Source: Batkoa obscura
Lineage: Eukaryota
Reading direction: 5' to 3'
Length of the DNA: 64,000 nt
NCBI GenBank assembly: GCA_030770535.1
Contig: JASVEC010000012.1
Span: 558,001-622,000 of the forward strand
A program made the position numbers and the translations under genes. Position 1 is the stretch's first letter, and each line of letters begins with the position of its first letter. The notes beneath the pieces were generated by a model that was given only the letters and a program-made list of their open reading frames with translations, was not told the origin of the DNA and did not search any database. Positions 12,750-24,615 of the stretch are shown in pieces.

Positions 12750-13660
12750 TCAAACTTACCAAAGATAACCAAAAGTATCGGACCAACAACCAATCACTGG
12801 AACATCTGGCATCACATTTCTTAAGTTAGGAAAAGCAAATAAGATCATTGCACCTAAAGGCAATAAAAATGGATTTGGTTTCAATTTCAATAATACCATT
12901 TTACAAATAATAAATAAATAAGCAAATGATAAGCACCACATAGCAAGTAATATTAAGATAGTAAAACATAATACTGTAGTAGAACGTCGAATATTTATGT
13001 AAAGTAATTGGGTTTCTTCCGAATCAATATCTGAGTCATATGTTAATTCAAAGCCTTGAGTTTGAGTCTCAAAGACCAAATTTGGTGAATATATATTCTC
13101 TTCTTCATCCCATATACCATATTCTAATAAGGATTGATATTTATCAAATGGATATAAAGATAAATCACCAGAATCAAAGTTGATCGTGTCATTGAAATCC
13201 CTAATTATAATAAATTAGAAAGTTATGAGTTTTTTTTTGGATAGGTTAGTATTAGTTTTTACCATCGCCAATTATTTTTTAATAGTTTAACTTGTTTTTT
13301 GGTATTAAAAAAATAAGCAATCTTCCGGGAAGGAAATTGAGACTCCGTATTTCGCTTTAATGTATCCCCCATGAAAAATGAAATACTTAAATCAAGTTGA
13401 TGTTTTTTACTATTCACTTTTAATACTTTTAAATATAAATTAAAGGAATCCGTATTTTTATAGGCCGATTTTCGTATTTCATTAATTGTACTTTGTACTT
13501 CCGTTTCTTTAAATTGAATTAAACTTATTGCTACAAATATACTATAAAATATTATTAAACTTAAGATTATTATTGTATATTGAAATTGAACTCTTTTTAA
13601 ACTTTTAGGTATTTGTATTTTGTTAGTTAATTGGTAATAAATATCTCTAATATTTTTCAT
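12593..13660 (-). CDS. DUF4436-like membrane protein, 3 exons
   Basis: N-terminal TM, then a beta-rich region with GDLSLYPFDKYQ, then LYINIRRS, then three TMs with LFAFPNLRNVMPDVPVIGCWSDTFGYLW. This resembles the DUF4436 pattern as recalled, not searched. Confidence 0.75.
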
Positions 13661-13864
13661 TATTAATAAATTTTAAATAAATTATTGATTTATATCAATT
13701 GAAATTAAAATTATAGAACAAAAACAATTAAAATCAATTTATTAAATTTTAATATTTAAAAATGGTTAATTACTAAATATAGTAAGTTACTACTCGCGTT
13801 CAAAAAAATATCTCATTTAATAGTTCATTAAAATCTAAATATCCTTAATTCATTAAATATTAAG

Positions 13865-15720
13865 TTAATTACTATTTAAATCTTCTTGATGATCCACCAA
13901 AAAAAACATTAAAAACCATTTCTTTTTTTCTAGGGTAGCATCAAATCTTTCTGTAATATCTTTATCTGCTCTTAATATAACTGAAGAAAATACCACCGCT
14001 AATTAAAATATTAAATAATTAAATAATTAAATAATTAAATTATTAATTTATTGTTAAGTTACCTAATCTTTCTAATAAAAAATAATCCTCATGATTAGAA
14101 TGAGCTACTACTTCTTTAATTAAAGATATTATATAAATAAATGTATTTAAATGAACTCTTGGCATTGTTTCTAAAGCCTAATAATAATAATAATAATATT
14201 AATATTAATAATATTAAAAATAATATAATTAAAAATAGAAATTATTACTTGAGTAGCTGCTTCTTTACCAATAAGAGAAGCTTCTAAACATAAATCATAT
14301 AAATGAAAAGGAATAACAGGAATTGGTAAAGCTTCTAAAAATCGAATTAAAGTTTCTGCCATTGAATGAATGCCTTGTTTTGAAGGTGGAGATATTGGAT
14401 CAATTGGTGGTGGTTCAAAATATAATTGTAAATTGTCTTTTTGTAATGAAATATCGGATACTGAGGGTAATAATTGTTCAGAATCAATTAATAATCTAGC
14501 TAAATCAAATTCATTTCCTGTATCTAAACATTCTCTTATATAAACCATTGTTTCTTGTTCTCCTGGATTTAAAAATAAATTTTCCTAATTAAATCAAATT
14601 AAATTAAATAATTAATTGAGTATTATATATATTATATTATATTATTGTATTAATAGGTTAATTTTACTTACTACATCCATTCCATATTGATAAATAAAAT
14701 CAGCCATTCTCCATAAAACATGAGGTACAGATACCATATTATCAATTGAAAATAATTCACTAGTATTTGACATTTGTCTAATTGGTCTAGGTAATCTAGC
14801 TAAATATTCCAAAGGTACAGCAAAACAAGTTGGTAGATAATTTCCACTAACTGATATAAAATAATCTTTACCCCTTACTAAATGTAATATTAATATATCT
14901 TCTAAATTTTCTTTACCCATATTTAGTGTTGGTGCTGACCTTCTATCAACTAACATAATAAAATTTACTCTTAATTTTTCACCTGGCATAATCATACCAT
15001 TGGATGGATTAACCCAAAGCCATGGTTTACATATATTTGATTCATCCATTTTAGGTATAAATTGAAATTGTAAATAAACTTGTCCTGTATTTTCTATTGT
15101 CATACTTAATTCTTTAGAACATAAGTATTTGACTTCTCCAAAATTTAATTGAGAACAAGAAATAGAAGCATCTGGCATGATTTGATTCTCAAATTTATCT
15201 AATTCCCTTATCAAATTACCATGAACTTCTTGAAATTTATCTAATAAGAAAGTTTTGACTCGTGCTCTAAAATGAGCTGATACAGGTTTATGATCACTTG
15301 AAGTTAATTCCATATGAGCTTTATAACTTAATTGCTCCATTACTCCTTCTTCACTATCATTTTCACTTTTCCATAAAATTCTATCACAATAAGATGGGAT
15401 TCTTTTTTTTTCACTAATATAATAGTACTAATTAATTAATTATTATAATGATATTAATAATATCAAATTACCTTGAATCAAATTGATTTGTTCCAATATC
15501 ATATTTATAAGTTGGTTGAAAATCAATATCACCTTCTTTAAACCCAACAAATACTTTACCTGCGGATTGTTGTAATTTTAACTGATCATATTTTAATAAA
15601 TATTTATAATCTTTATCTTTTAACCTTGAAATCACTTGATCTGAAGATAAAGACAAACGATAATTGAGATCTCCTAACCAAATAAGATGACTATAAAGAA
15701 TATTATGATATTAATAAATA

Positions 15721-15756
<36 letters not shown>

Positions 15757-17866
15757 AATTAACTTACTCTGAATCGTAAATGGAGTTTAATTTTGGATTT
15801 CTTGGTAATGTCATTACATTAGTTTTGAAAAAAGGGGAGGGATTAAAACCATAACCTAAAGGTAATATAGTACCATTTGGACCAATTAAAGGTGGTGGTT
15901 CAGGAAATCCAATTCGCCGACAAATATCCATAAAATCTTGATTTCTTCTTTCAACTTGTGATGAATCTGCTGCTAAATGTGAATTTATAAAACAAAAATA
16001 ACTATCTTTTAATTTAATTCGAATTGCTACTGCTCCTTTATTTCCCTATTATGTATGTGTATATTAATTACGTTTATTTATTATATATTTTTATAAAATT
16101 AGATTAATAAAAAGCAAACTTACCATCATACCCATAATACCTACTCCAGCAGAATCTAAAGATATATCCGATACAGAAGAAAATAACTCATTTTTGATAA
16201 AAATAACTAAAAATATTCCAACTAATTGTTTTGATATTAATTTTGTATATCGATCTTTAATCTCTCCCAGTCCCTCTGTTACTGCTGTACACCATTCTTC
16301 TTCCCTTAAACTATCATGCATTAAAAATGCTTCTGCACTTAAATCTAATTCTTGAAATCTAATAAAAATGTTTAATAATTAATATCTAATTTTATTATTA
16401 TTATTATTATTATTATATTAATTAATATTACCCCAAAACATATAAATCAGGTTCAATTTCACTATCATTAAATAGCCAAGCACTTAATGGTTGATTGGAA
16501 TATTTTCCATTGACGTTCCATGTTCCAACAAATATACTTTATAATAATAATAATAATAATAATATTAAATCATACTATATTATAATATATTGTATCTTAC
16601 TTAATATGTTCATAATTAGTGAATTGAGCTTCCCTTTCTCTCATTTCTTTAGCTACCCATTCTTCTTTGATTTTTTTTAATCGTTTATTATTTTCTTGTT
16701 CCAAACTTAGATTATCATCAATCATATTAGGACTAGCCATTACTAACGGGTTCATTAAATCATTGATTGTACGTGTTTCTATTTATATTATAATAAGTTA
16801 AATTAAATTAAATTAAATTATAACTTTACCTGAAGCTTTAATATAAGGTGATAATGGTGACATTGGATTTGAAAATGTATTTGCTCTTGTATGGGCTGGT
16901 GAACTTGGTTGTTCAATTACAGAATAATATTTAATCCAACTATGAGTTATACCATCAGGACGAAAATTATGATTGACTTTTTATTTTTGATTAAATATTC
17001 AATATTTAATATTTAATATTTGAAATTACCTGCACTATTAATCAATCTTTTAATTTCAGCTACTAAAAATTGTAAACTATCTTTGGATTGTAATTCTAAA
17101 TTTAATTCTTTTTTCATACAACTTATCTTTATAAGTAGCTCTAAAAAAGCGCTATTTAAAATATATTCTATATATTTGTATTTTGAAATTACCATTCTTT
17201 GATTCATTAATTGATGATTCATCATCTAAATTCACTGGTTTACTTTGAACTTTCAAATAAATAATCTATTTAAAAAATGTATCAAAAAAATCTTACAAAT
17301 GGATATTTTAAAGTCAGAATAAATAGGTAATGTAAACCTAATCGTAGTCGAACGAGGTCCATTTCTTTTTAATAAAAAAATACTAGAAATAAAAAAAGCA
17401 TTAATTTATTCCCGTATTTAAATTTAAATTAAACCCACCAGCTCTCCTCTCCAGAAGCTTCTTTATTAATTATAACAGCTAAGAGCCTTTCTTCTTTCAA
17501 TCCAGAAGATCTAGTATATTTCACTTCACAACACATTAAGCATTCCTCTGTTGGCCTTAATAAACTATTAACTAATTCTTTTAATGGTAACCCAGTGATA
17601 GAACTTGGTCTTTGGCCAGTCGTAAATGTAGCTGAAGAATAATTATTTGATTTGGATTTAGTAGAAGTTTTATCTTTTATATCTAAGTATTCTTCTTTAA
17701 CTTCTTCGATCTCTTTTTCTTGCTTTTCTTTTGCTGTATCTTCCTTTCCTTCTTCTGGTTCTTCATCGAAGTTCTTTCCGTTCTCTTCCATTCTTTCGCT
17801 CAGTTCTTTTTCATCCCCTTTCACTTCTAAATCTAGCTCTTCAACCTTCTGCTCAATATTCTCCAT
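13865..17866 (-). CDS. OCRL: OCRL/INPP5B-type inositol polyphosphate 5-phosphatase with ASH and RhoGAP-like domains, multi-exon
   Basis: IPPc motifs FVGTWNVNG, GFQELDL, GMMGNKGAV, NSHLAAD, IWLGDLNYRL, PTYKYD, PSYCDRILW, SDHKPV. These are followed by ASH (ENTGQV, KDYFISVSGNYLPTCF) and RhoGAP-like (HSMAETLIRFLEALPIPVIP) regions. Confidence 0.92.
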
Positions 17867-19340
17867 TTAAAAAAAGATGACTTCTTTTTTGTGGCGAGAA
17901 TTTACTCTAAAAAATAACTGAAAGCACGTGATTTGATACCAAGTTTTTTAGTTTAGTTTAATTGTGCAATCGTTTTGAAATTGCTAATAAATTGAAATTA
18001 ATTTATTAACCTTGGCTTTCCGTTGAACTCAAAGTGGAAATCAATGATCAATTTGTTTAATATAGAACAAAACCATTTTTTTAAAAATATTTTAATCTGA
18101 GAATATTTACTAGATTAAAACTTCGCCATACCCCCCTAATCATGGTTTTTACTTTGTTTTTAGTTACATTTTTTATTTCTCCTTTTTATCTCCCTTTATG
18201 TGGCAGTACCATATATATAAATGCAAGACTTTGAAGTCCTTAAGCTTAGTGATATACTAACTGATGAGTTGATATAAGGTAAGTTCAATGTTTAGCCAAT
18301 AGAAATGGAGAGTTTTAAAGTCTTCTTAAATAAATATAAAATAAATAGTATAATTTAAATTAAGTTTAATAAATTAATATAACTAATAAGACTCAAAAGT
18401 AGAATTTATTTTAAAAATAAATAATAAAATAAATCTGAATAATAAGAGATTAAAAGGAAGAGATTCAATCGTTTATATACTTTATATAAGTATAAAATGC
18501 ATTAATTTACTATATTTTATATCCTTACTTAATATATACATCATTAAATAATAATAATAACTTTAATATTGATATTTTTTAAATCACTTTCTAAAATGCA
18601 TTTAATTTATATTAAATTCAGTTCAATTATAGAATTATATTTCAGAGTAAACAATTTGATTAAGTATCCTGATAGATGAAGTATAAACTAGTTTTTAATA
18701 TTCATTTATATCTTAACATCTTAATATTTTAATATTTTAATATTTTAATATTTTATTTCTATTACAATTTAAAGTATATTAAAAACATTTGTTATTATAA
18801 ATTAAATTAAATTAAATTAAATTAAATTAAATTAAATCAAATTTTCAATTCAAAAATTAATTATCTTTATTTCAAATTATTTGAAAGTTAAAAATATTAA
18901 AAAGTAAGTTTTTGAAATGAAATTTTAATATTTAACATGTTTATATGAAATTGATTGAAAACTAAGTTATTAAATGAAAATGAAATATTTTTATTAAATA
19001 TAATATTTATTATTATGATTAAATTAAAATTCATTCTTTTAAAATATACTTTATTTACTTAAAGAATAATAATTCATAATTACTTTAAAATTAAATATAT
19101 AATAAGCATTAATATTAATTGTTACCTTAGTTTTCTTATCTATAATCTATTTCAATGTCTTAGTAAGAAATAATCAAAACATAAGTTATAATGCTTAACT
19201 TGAGAAAGTACCTTAAGTACTATCCTTAAATTCAAAACCGATTACATCAATCAATTGAATAAGCTTACAAAAACGAAACGCCATATAAATGGTACTTCTA
19301 CTTTCTTTACACTTCATTTACGATAAAAACTAAACTTCAA

Positions 19341-20090
19341 ATGAATTTTAGTACTCTTTGTGATAACGATTTGAATTATTTAAACCAAGACGATATTGTG
19401 TTTTCTACCGATTTACCCTCTACATTATTGAATGAACCTTCATATACTCCTTGTATCAATCAATCCTTCTGTTCTATGCCTTTTATTTATCATCAATTAA
19501 ATGAACAATTAAATAATATATCTTTTGATAAAGATATAATTAATGATTACAGCTGTGATACTTTTTCAAATCAATTAGTTACATGTAACCCATTTATTGA
19601 GAGCATAAATGAAGCAGTTATTGATACTTCAAAGGGTGATACACCTGATCAATTAATGAGTAATAATATAGCTTATTCACCTACTATTGAGAACAATCCC
19701 CTATTCCTTAGAGAAGGAAAAGAAGAAAAGCCCCGATTTAAACCTCGTTCCTTTTCATTGAGTGAAATAGATGGTATCCAAGTTTCAAGTAAACAACAAG
19801 TAAGAAGATATTCTTTAGATGAGTCACTTATCTTAGATAGTCAAGTTAAAGATAGTTGTGCTTTAAAAAGAGCAAGAAATCGGTTAGCAGCATTGAGATG
19901 TCGAGAGCGTAGGAAATTAAAGATTGAAAACCATGTTGAATCCATCCATTTAATGAATCAAGAAAATCATTCTCTTTATTTGAAAGTCACAGGTTTACAA
20001 AATGAAGCGTTTGTTTTGCATCAATTGTTAGCTAAGACGGATCCAAAGTGTAAACATCATTCGGAATTTAAAAGGCTACATCCTGCCTAA
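19341..20090 (+). CDS. bZIP transcription factor, copy B (basic-region Cys variant)
   Basis: Identical to copy A over the first ~186 aa, then RNRLAALRCRERRK. Diverged zipper and C-terminus. Confidence 0.9.
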   Translation: MNFSTLCDNDLNYLNQDDIVFSTDLPSTLLNEPSYTPCINQSFCSMPFIYHQLNEQLNNISFDKDIINDYSCDTFSNQLVTCNPFIESINEAVIDTSKGDTPDQLMSNNIAYSPTIENNPLFLREGKEEKPRFKPRSFSLSEIDGIQVSSKQQVRRYSLDESLILDSQVKDSCALKRARNRLAALRCRERRKLKIENHVESIHLMNQENHSLYLKVTGLQNEAFVLHQLLAKTDPKCKHHSEFKRLHPA

Positions 20091-21147
20091 GGCGGGGGTT
20101 GTTATTATCTATGCTACCCGGCCAATAATCGAATGCTTTATTTTATGCCTTATTAATCTTTGAAACTCGCCTTCTTCATTAATTGCTCTTCCTCTATTAT
20201 ATTCGATCATGTTATATCTTCTTTTGCTGTTCCCTGACTATCAATTAAAAACTCAAAATGCTTCAAATACTCTTTTATATCTTTACTTAAACAAGACAAT
20301 AGGAAATTAAAATATCTATAGTACAATAATATTTTATTAAAATTTTATATTTACAATATGGAGTAAGTAAAACATAAACTTTAGTATAAACTGTTTTAAT
20401 ATTTCTAAAATCAAAAATCATTTATGAGGAATAAAAACAAGCTATACTAGTTTAAACCAAAGGTTAATAAAACACACATCCTAATTATACGTAAAGGTAG
20501 AATACTATTGAAAGCATACTTGGAATTTTAACAAAGGTAACTTTCACTATATTTTAATATTCAGTCTAATTTAAGGCAGGAGGAATGATTAATCATAAAA
20601 GTAAACTACATAATTTTAAAATACGAGAAGTCATATTCTGCAATTTCTAATAAAATAAAGTACAAATTCATTGATTGTCTTTACTATGAATAAGGTTATT
20701 AGTAAAATATAATAATTGAATTAATTTATTAATCTATTGTTTTCTTTCATTTAGTATTCAATAGAAGTGTCTACTTCTTCATAAATAAAAAAGCTTTTGC
20801 AAAGAATTTTCAAATACTTAAACCAAACTTTAAAATAATACAATGTAAAGTGAAGTTCTGTATATTAAATGAACTTATTGAAAAAAAACCAACAAATAAA
20901 CTTATATAAAATTGAAAAGAAATAACAAAAAACAAAAAACAGTTAATTTACACTGAAACCTCATTTGTTAAAAGTAATTACAGGCACCTTGAAGTAAAGA
21001 TTTTAAGTAATAAGTTATCTCTAAATCTACAAACATTGAACTTATTTCTATTTATAGTAACATAAATAGAACAACCAAAGATAAATGAAATTCGAATCAT
21101 GGAAAAGTTAGGTAACCTATTTCAACTTGATATTAATTAATATTACA

Positions 21148-22760
21148 ACCCAATTAAAAATTACAATAGATGTGACCAATGCTTTCAAGGATATCGGGCA
21201 TGCGATAGGCTTATGCCAAAGTATTCAAGATATATTAAGATTCAAAGTGAATGTATTTATGAAAGAAAGCCAATAGTAGAAAAGAATTTCTACCATATAG
21301 AGGGTAATATAACAACATTCAAAGTTAACAATAAAAACAAAAAAGCCAACCTTCCACTAGTAATTATAAGACGCAACCCGCAGATTCTATTGCTAATAAA
21401 AAAACTTTAATCTTGTTTATACGCCTATTTATGTTTACAAAATTTCAGTTTAAATATATTAGAGAATGCAATGGCTTATTTACAGTGTACTAACCCCTTT
21501 GTTTCAGACTGTGATACCTTGAAAATAATATCGCTCTTTGATTCTTTTGATGTACTTTGTATTAAAAAAAGTTCCAACCTTTGATATCAATTGAAAAAAT
21601 CAGTAGTTCAAATAGTATATTATCACAAGTATATGAGAACAATTTTAATTATAGTAAAAATATATTTCCAATATTTATTAAATCACAGTTTGACTTTAAT
21701 TCAAAGGGTTTACTGTTGAAGATGTGTATCTTGCTATCTGGGTTAAATCATATGGAAAGAAATGAAATGACAAGCTATTTATTTGATTTATTTCATTCTA
21801 GAATACATGAACAATTTAAATATTCTCATAGAATTCGTATTACTTTGGAGAATTTCTAAGTTGTATTGATATTTCTAATTGAATTTTATTCTTGTCCTTG
21901 GATTCTTGATAAACGTAATATTTATATTATTTATTGTGAAGAAGCGGCTTTGGCATTATGACTTCATATGTCAACTAATAAATTAGGGAATATAAAAAAT
22001 ATTCAAAAATTAATGATATATTCTAGTTTGAAAACATTCACTATGTTTACAAGAATCATGTATGGATCTTATATGTCCTAACCTTATCAACTATAATATC
22101 TTAACAAAATATTTAAAATTGCTATGCTAGATTTATTGAATGAATCAAATATTCAATTACTACTCAATAAAGATGTGGCTTTCTATTGGAGTTTGATATT
22201 GACTTCATTTTATAATGAGTTGGGATATATATTATTTTTAACAAGGTTATTAAAGGAGAAATATATGAATCCAAGTAAATTGAATGAAATGCCTACCAAT
22301 TCAAACCTTGATTTGATATCAAAAGCAAAAAAGTTACAAAAAAAATACATTACATTACTTATTTTATTAAACTTAAAATTTGATAATAAAGATAACAATT
22401 TTTCAATCCTTGATTGTCAATCTCATATTTTATATATAACAAGTTACATTGTACATTATCTAAATAGTTTGGAGTACTTCAATCCAGCTAAGAAAAGCAA
22501 GTTAGATAATAATACGAGTGGTTCAGCTATTGATTATCTAAACATAACCTTGATGGGATGTTATCTCACAATTTATTATGGGATTGGATATGATTTACTT
22601 TTGTTTGTCTTTTGCAAGGCGTTATAAACATAGAGGTAATATTAATTTTAACCCTACTTTTAGTAAAAAAGTCAGTTATTCAAAGGAGGATTCTAAGTTA
22701 ACTACGTTTTCTCATACTGCTAATATGCACGTTACTATGCTTTCATTTCCCTCAACTTAG
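21148..22760 (+). pseudogene. Pseudogene paralogue of the Zn2Cys6 TF at 6009-7667
   Basis: Collinear homology with no start ATG. Two Zn-cluster Cys are changed to Tyr (KYSRYIK versus KCSRCTK). Frameshifts, in-frame stops and a ~34-bp deletion near 22580. Confidence 0.88.
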
Positions 22761-23560
22761 GTTTTTAAATCGATAGTGTATAAAATGTTTTTGGAATTAA
22801 ATTATTTATTTATAATAAACTTATAATTTTCAGTGCTTTTTAAGGTGTTTTTATGCTTTATTATACTATTTGATAAATTATAGTGTATTATTTTAAAGTT
22901 TTAAATTTAACAAAATACCAAAATGTGATAATAAAAATGCCTTTTATTTATTTATTTATTTATTTATTTATTTGTTTAAAATAAAAGTACTAAAAATTAC
23001 AGTTCTCTATGACTTGTAAAACGTATAATTAATGTTAAGCTTTAAATTTTTTTAGGTTTTTCATAAATAATTTTAGCTATAGTAATATTTAAAAAAAAAA
23101 TAAAACACAAAATACAAAGTAAAATAAATAGAATTTATAGCTATATAATAAAGCAAATATAGATTTGTGTTTTCCTAGAAGTAACGGCACTCTTTATAGT
23201 AGAAAAAGGGAGAGTTATTAATTGCAACAGCAAATATTTTTGTGCATAAAAATAAGAACTGTAAGAGTAAAAATACTTTGTTACTCCAATTTATTACTTT
23301 TATTGTTTATAATTAAAAATCTAATATTGACTATGCTGTGCCCTTATAGCCAATTGAAAATCCAAAACTAATGCTATAACAAGGAAACCTACTACAGCTG
23401 TTTTTATACCTAGTCAATATTTTAAAAAAAACAGCAGTCATTTTGCAAAAAGTAATTTTTAGGGTTGTAATTTTACTCTCACCAAAAATGCCTATTCAAA
23501 TTTCGCATCATTATTTGAAAGAAAATTTATATTCTTATTATATTGCTGTATTTGACATAT

Positions 23561-23659
23561 GGGGGTGTTTTTTTTGGTTTCATTATTTTTTACATTTTTT
23601 AAGCGCTATTTGAGTTGAAAGGTTGTTAGTAAAACTCTTAAACAAAAAAATACATCCCC
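23561..23659 (-). mobile_element. MITE family A, copy 2
   Basis: GGGGGTGTTTT...AAAAAATACATCCCC flanked by ATAT on both sides. Confidence 0.85.
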
Positions 23660-24615
23660 ATATAATGGTTCTTTGACTTTTATAGCTACAATTATAAACC
23701 ATTAGAATTTATAAAGTTATTCACTATTATTACGAAAAGGCTCGGAAATATAAGCACTTGATGTAAAAATAGAATGTCTTTATAATTATAAGTTTGTTAT
23801 TTATGATTATGCATATGTTATCTATGCTTTTACAAAGAATACTGATATTTCCAAATCTTTTCGTTATAATGGTGAATCGGCCCTCTAATAAATTATATAA
23901 ACTATTAGTAAATAAAAACAAATTTCAGCTCAAATAATACTATATAGTTTAATAAATGGAATATAAGAGAGTATTGTTATTAAAGTTGATAAATTAGCTT
24001 CTTGCTTTTTTGGCTCATAAAACAATTTATTTTTATTAAAGTATAGTTTAAAATATTGTTTAATCGATTTTAAAAATAAATTATAAAATTCAACTTTATA
24101 ATAATATAATTCAAAGTGTTTTAAATGACATAACATAGTTTATTAATTTAATATTAAAATTAGGATGGAGGAAATCTATGAGCATCAATATTATTATCGT
24201 CTATTTAGAATGCATTTTATCATTTAATTTCTTTAGTTTTTCAAATATATTTTTTAATTTTAGCTGACATAAAATTTCAATTTAAAAATAACTAAAGGTG
24301 TATTAACTATAATAACAATTATTATGCAAATAAGCTTATTATACAAAAAGTTATTTTTAATATTTTAAGATTGATCGATTTCAACTAAAAGTAGATAAAA
24401 TTTAATTAAAGACACCCATTATTATTTTTATTATTAAAATAACTTAAGAACTGAATAAAATTCGTATTAACCTAGTAACTTCAATTCCACAATAATTCAT
24501 TAAGGTACAAATGAATTATTTGCAAATATGAAGTAATTGTGTATTTCTAAAAATAAGCAAAGATGAAAAGTATAAATACTATGCCAAACATGCTACATCA
24601 AATAAACAAAATAAA

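Larger units (their letters stand above)
18200..22881 (+). repeat. Right arm of ~4.7-kb inverted duplication (partner 5889-10561)
   Basis: Begins GTGGCAGTACCATATATATAAATGC, the reverse complement of the left arm's inner end at 10561. Contains bZIP copy B and the decayed Zn2Cys6 copy. Confidence 0.93.

Noticed and set aside
21148..22122. RIP-like CpA->TpA changes in the Zn2Cys6 pseudogene (TGT->TAT, CAA->TAA, CAT->TAT)
   Set aside because: Substitutions run in both directions, many CpA sites persist, and the adjacent 1.7-kb identical repeat is unmutated. Ordinary decay explains it.
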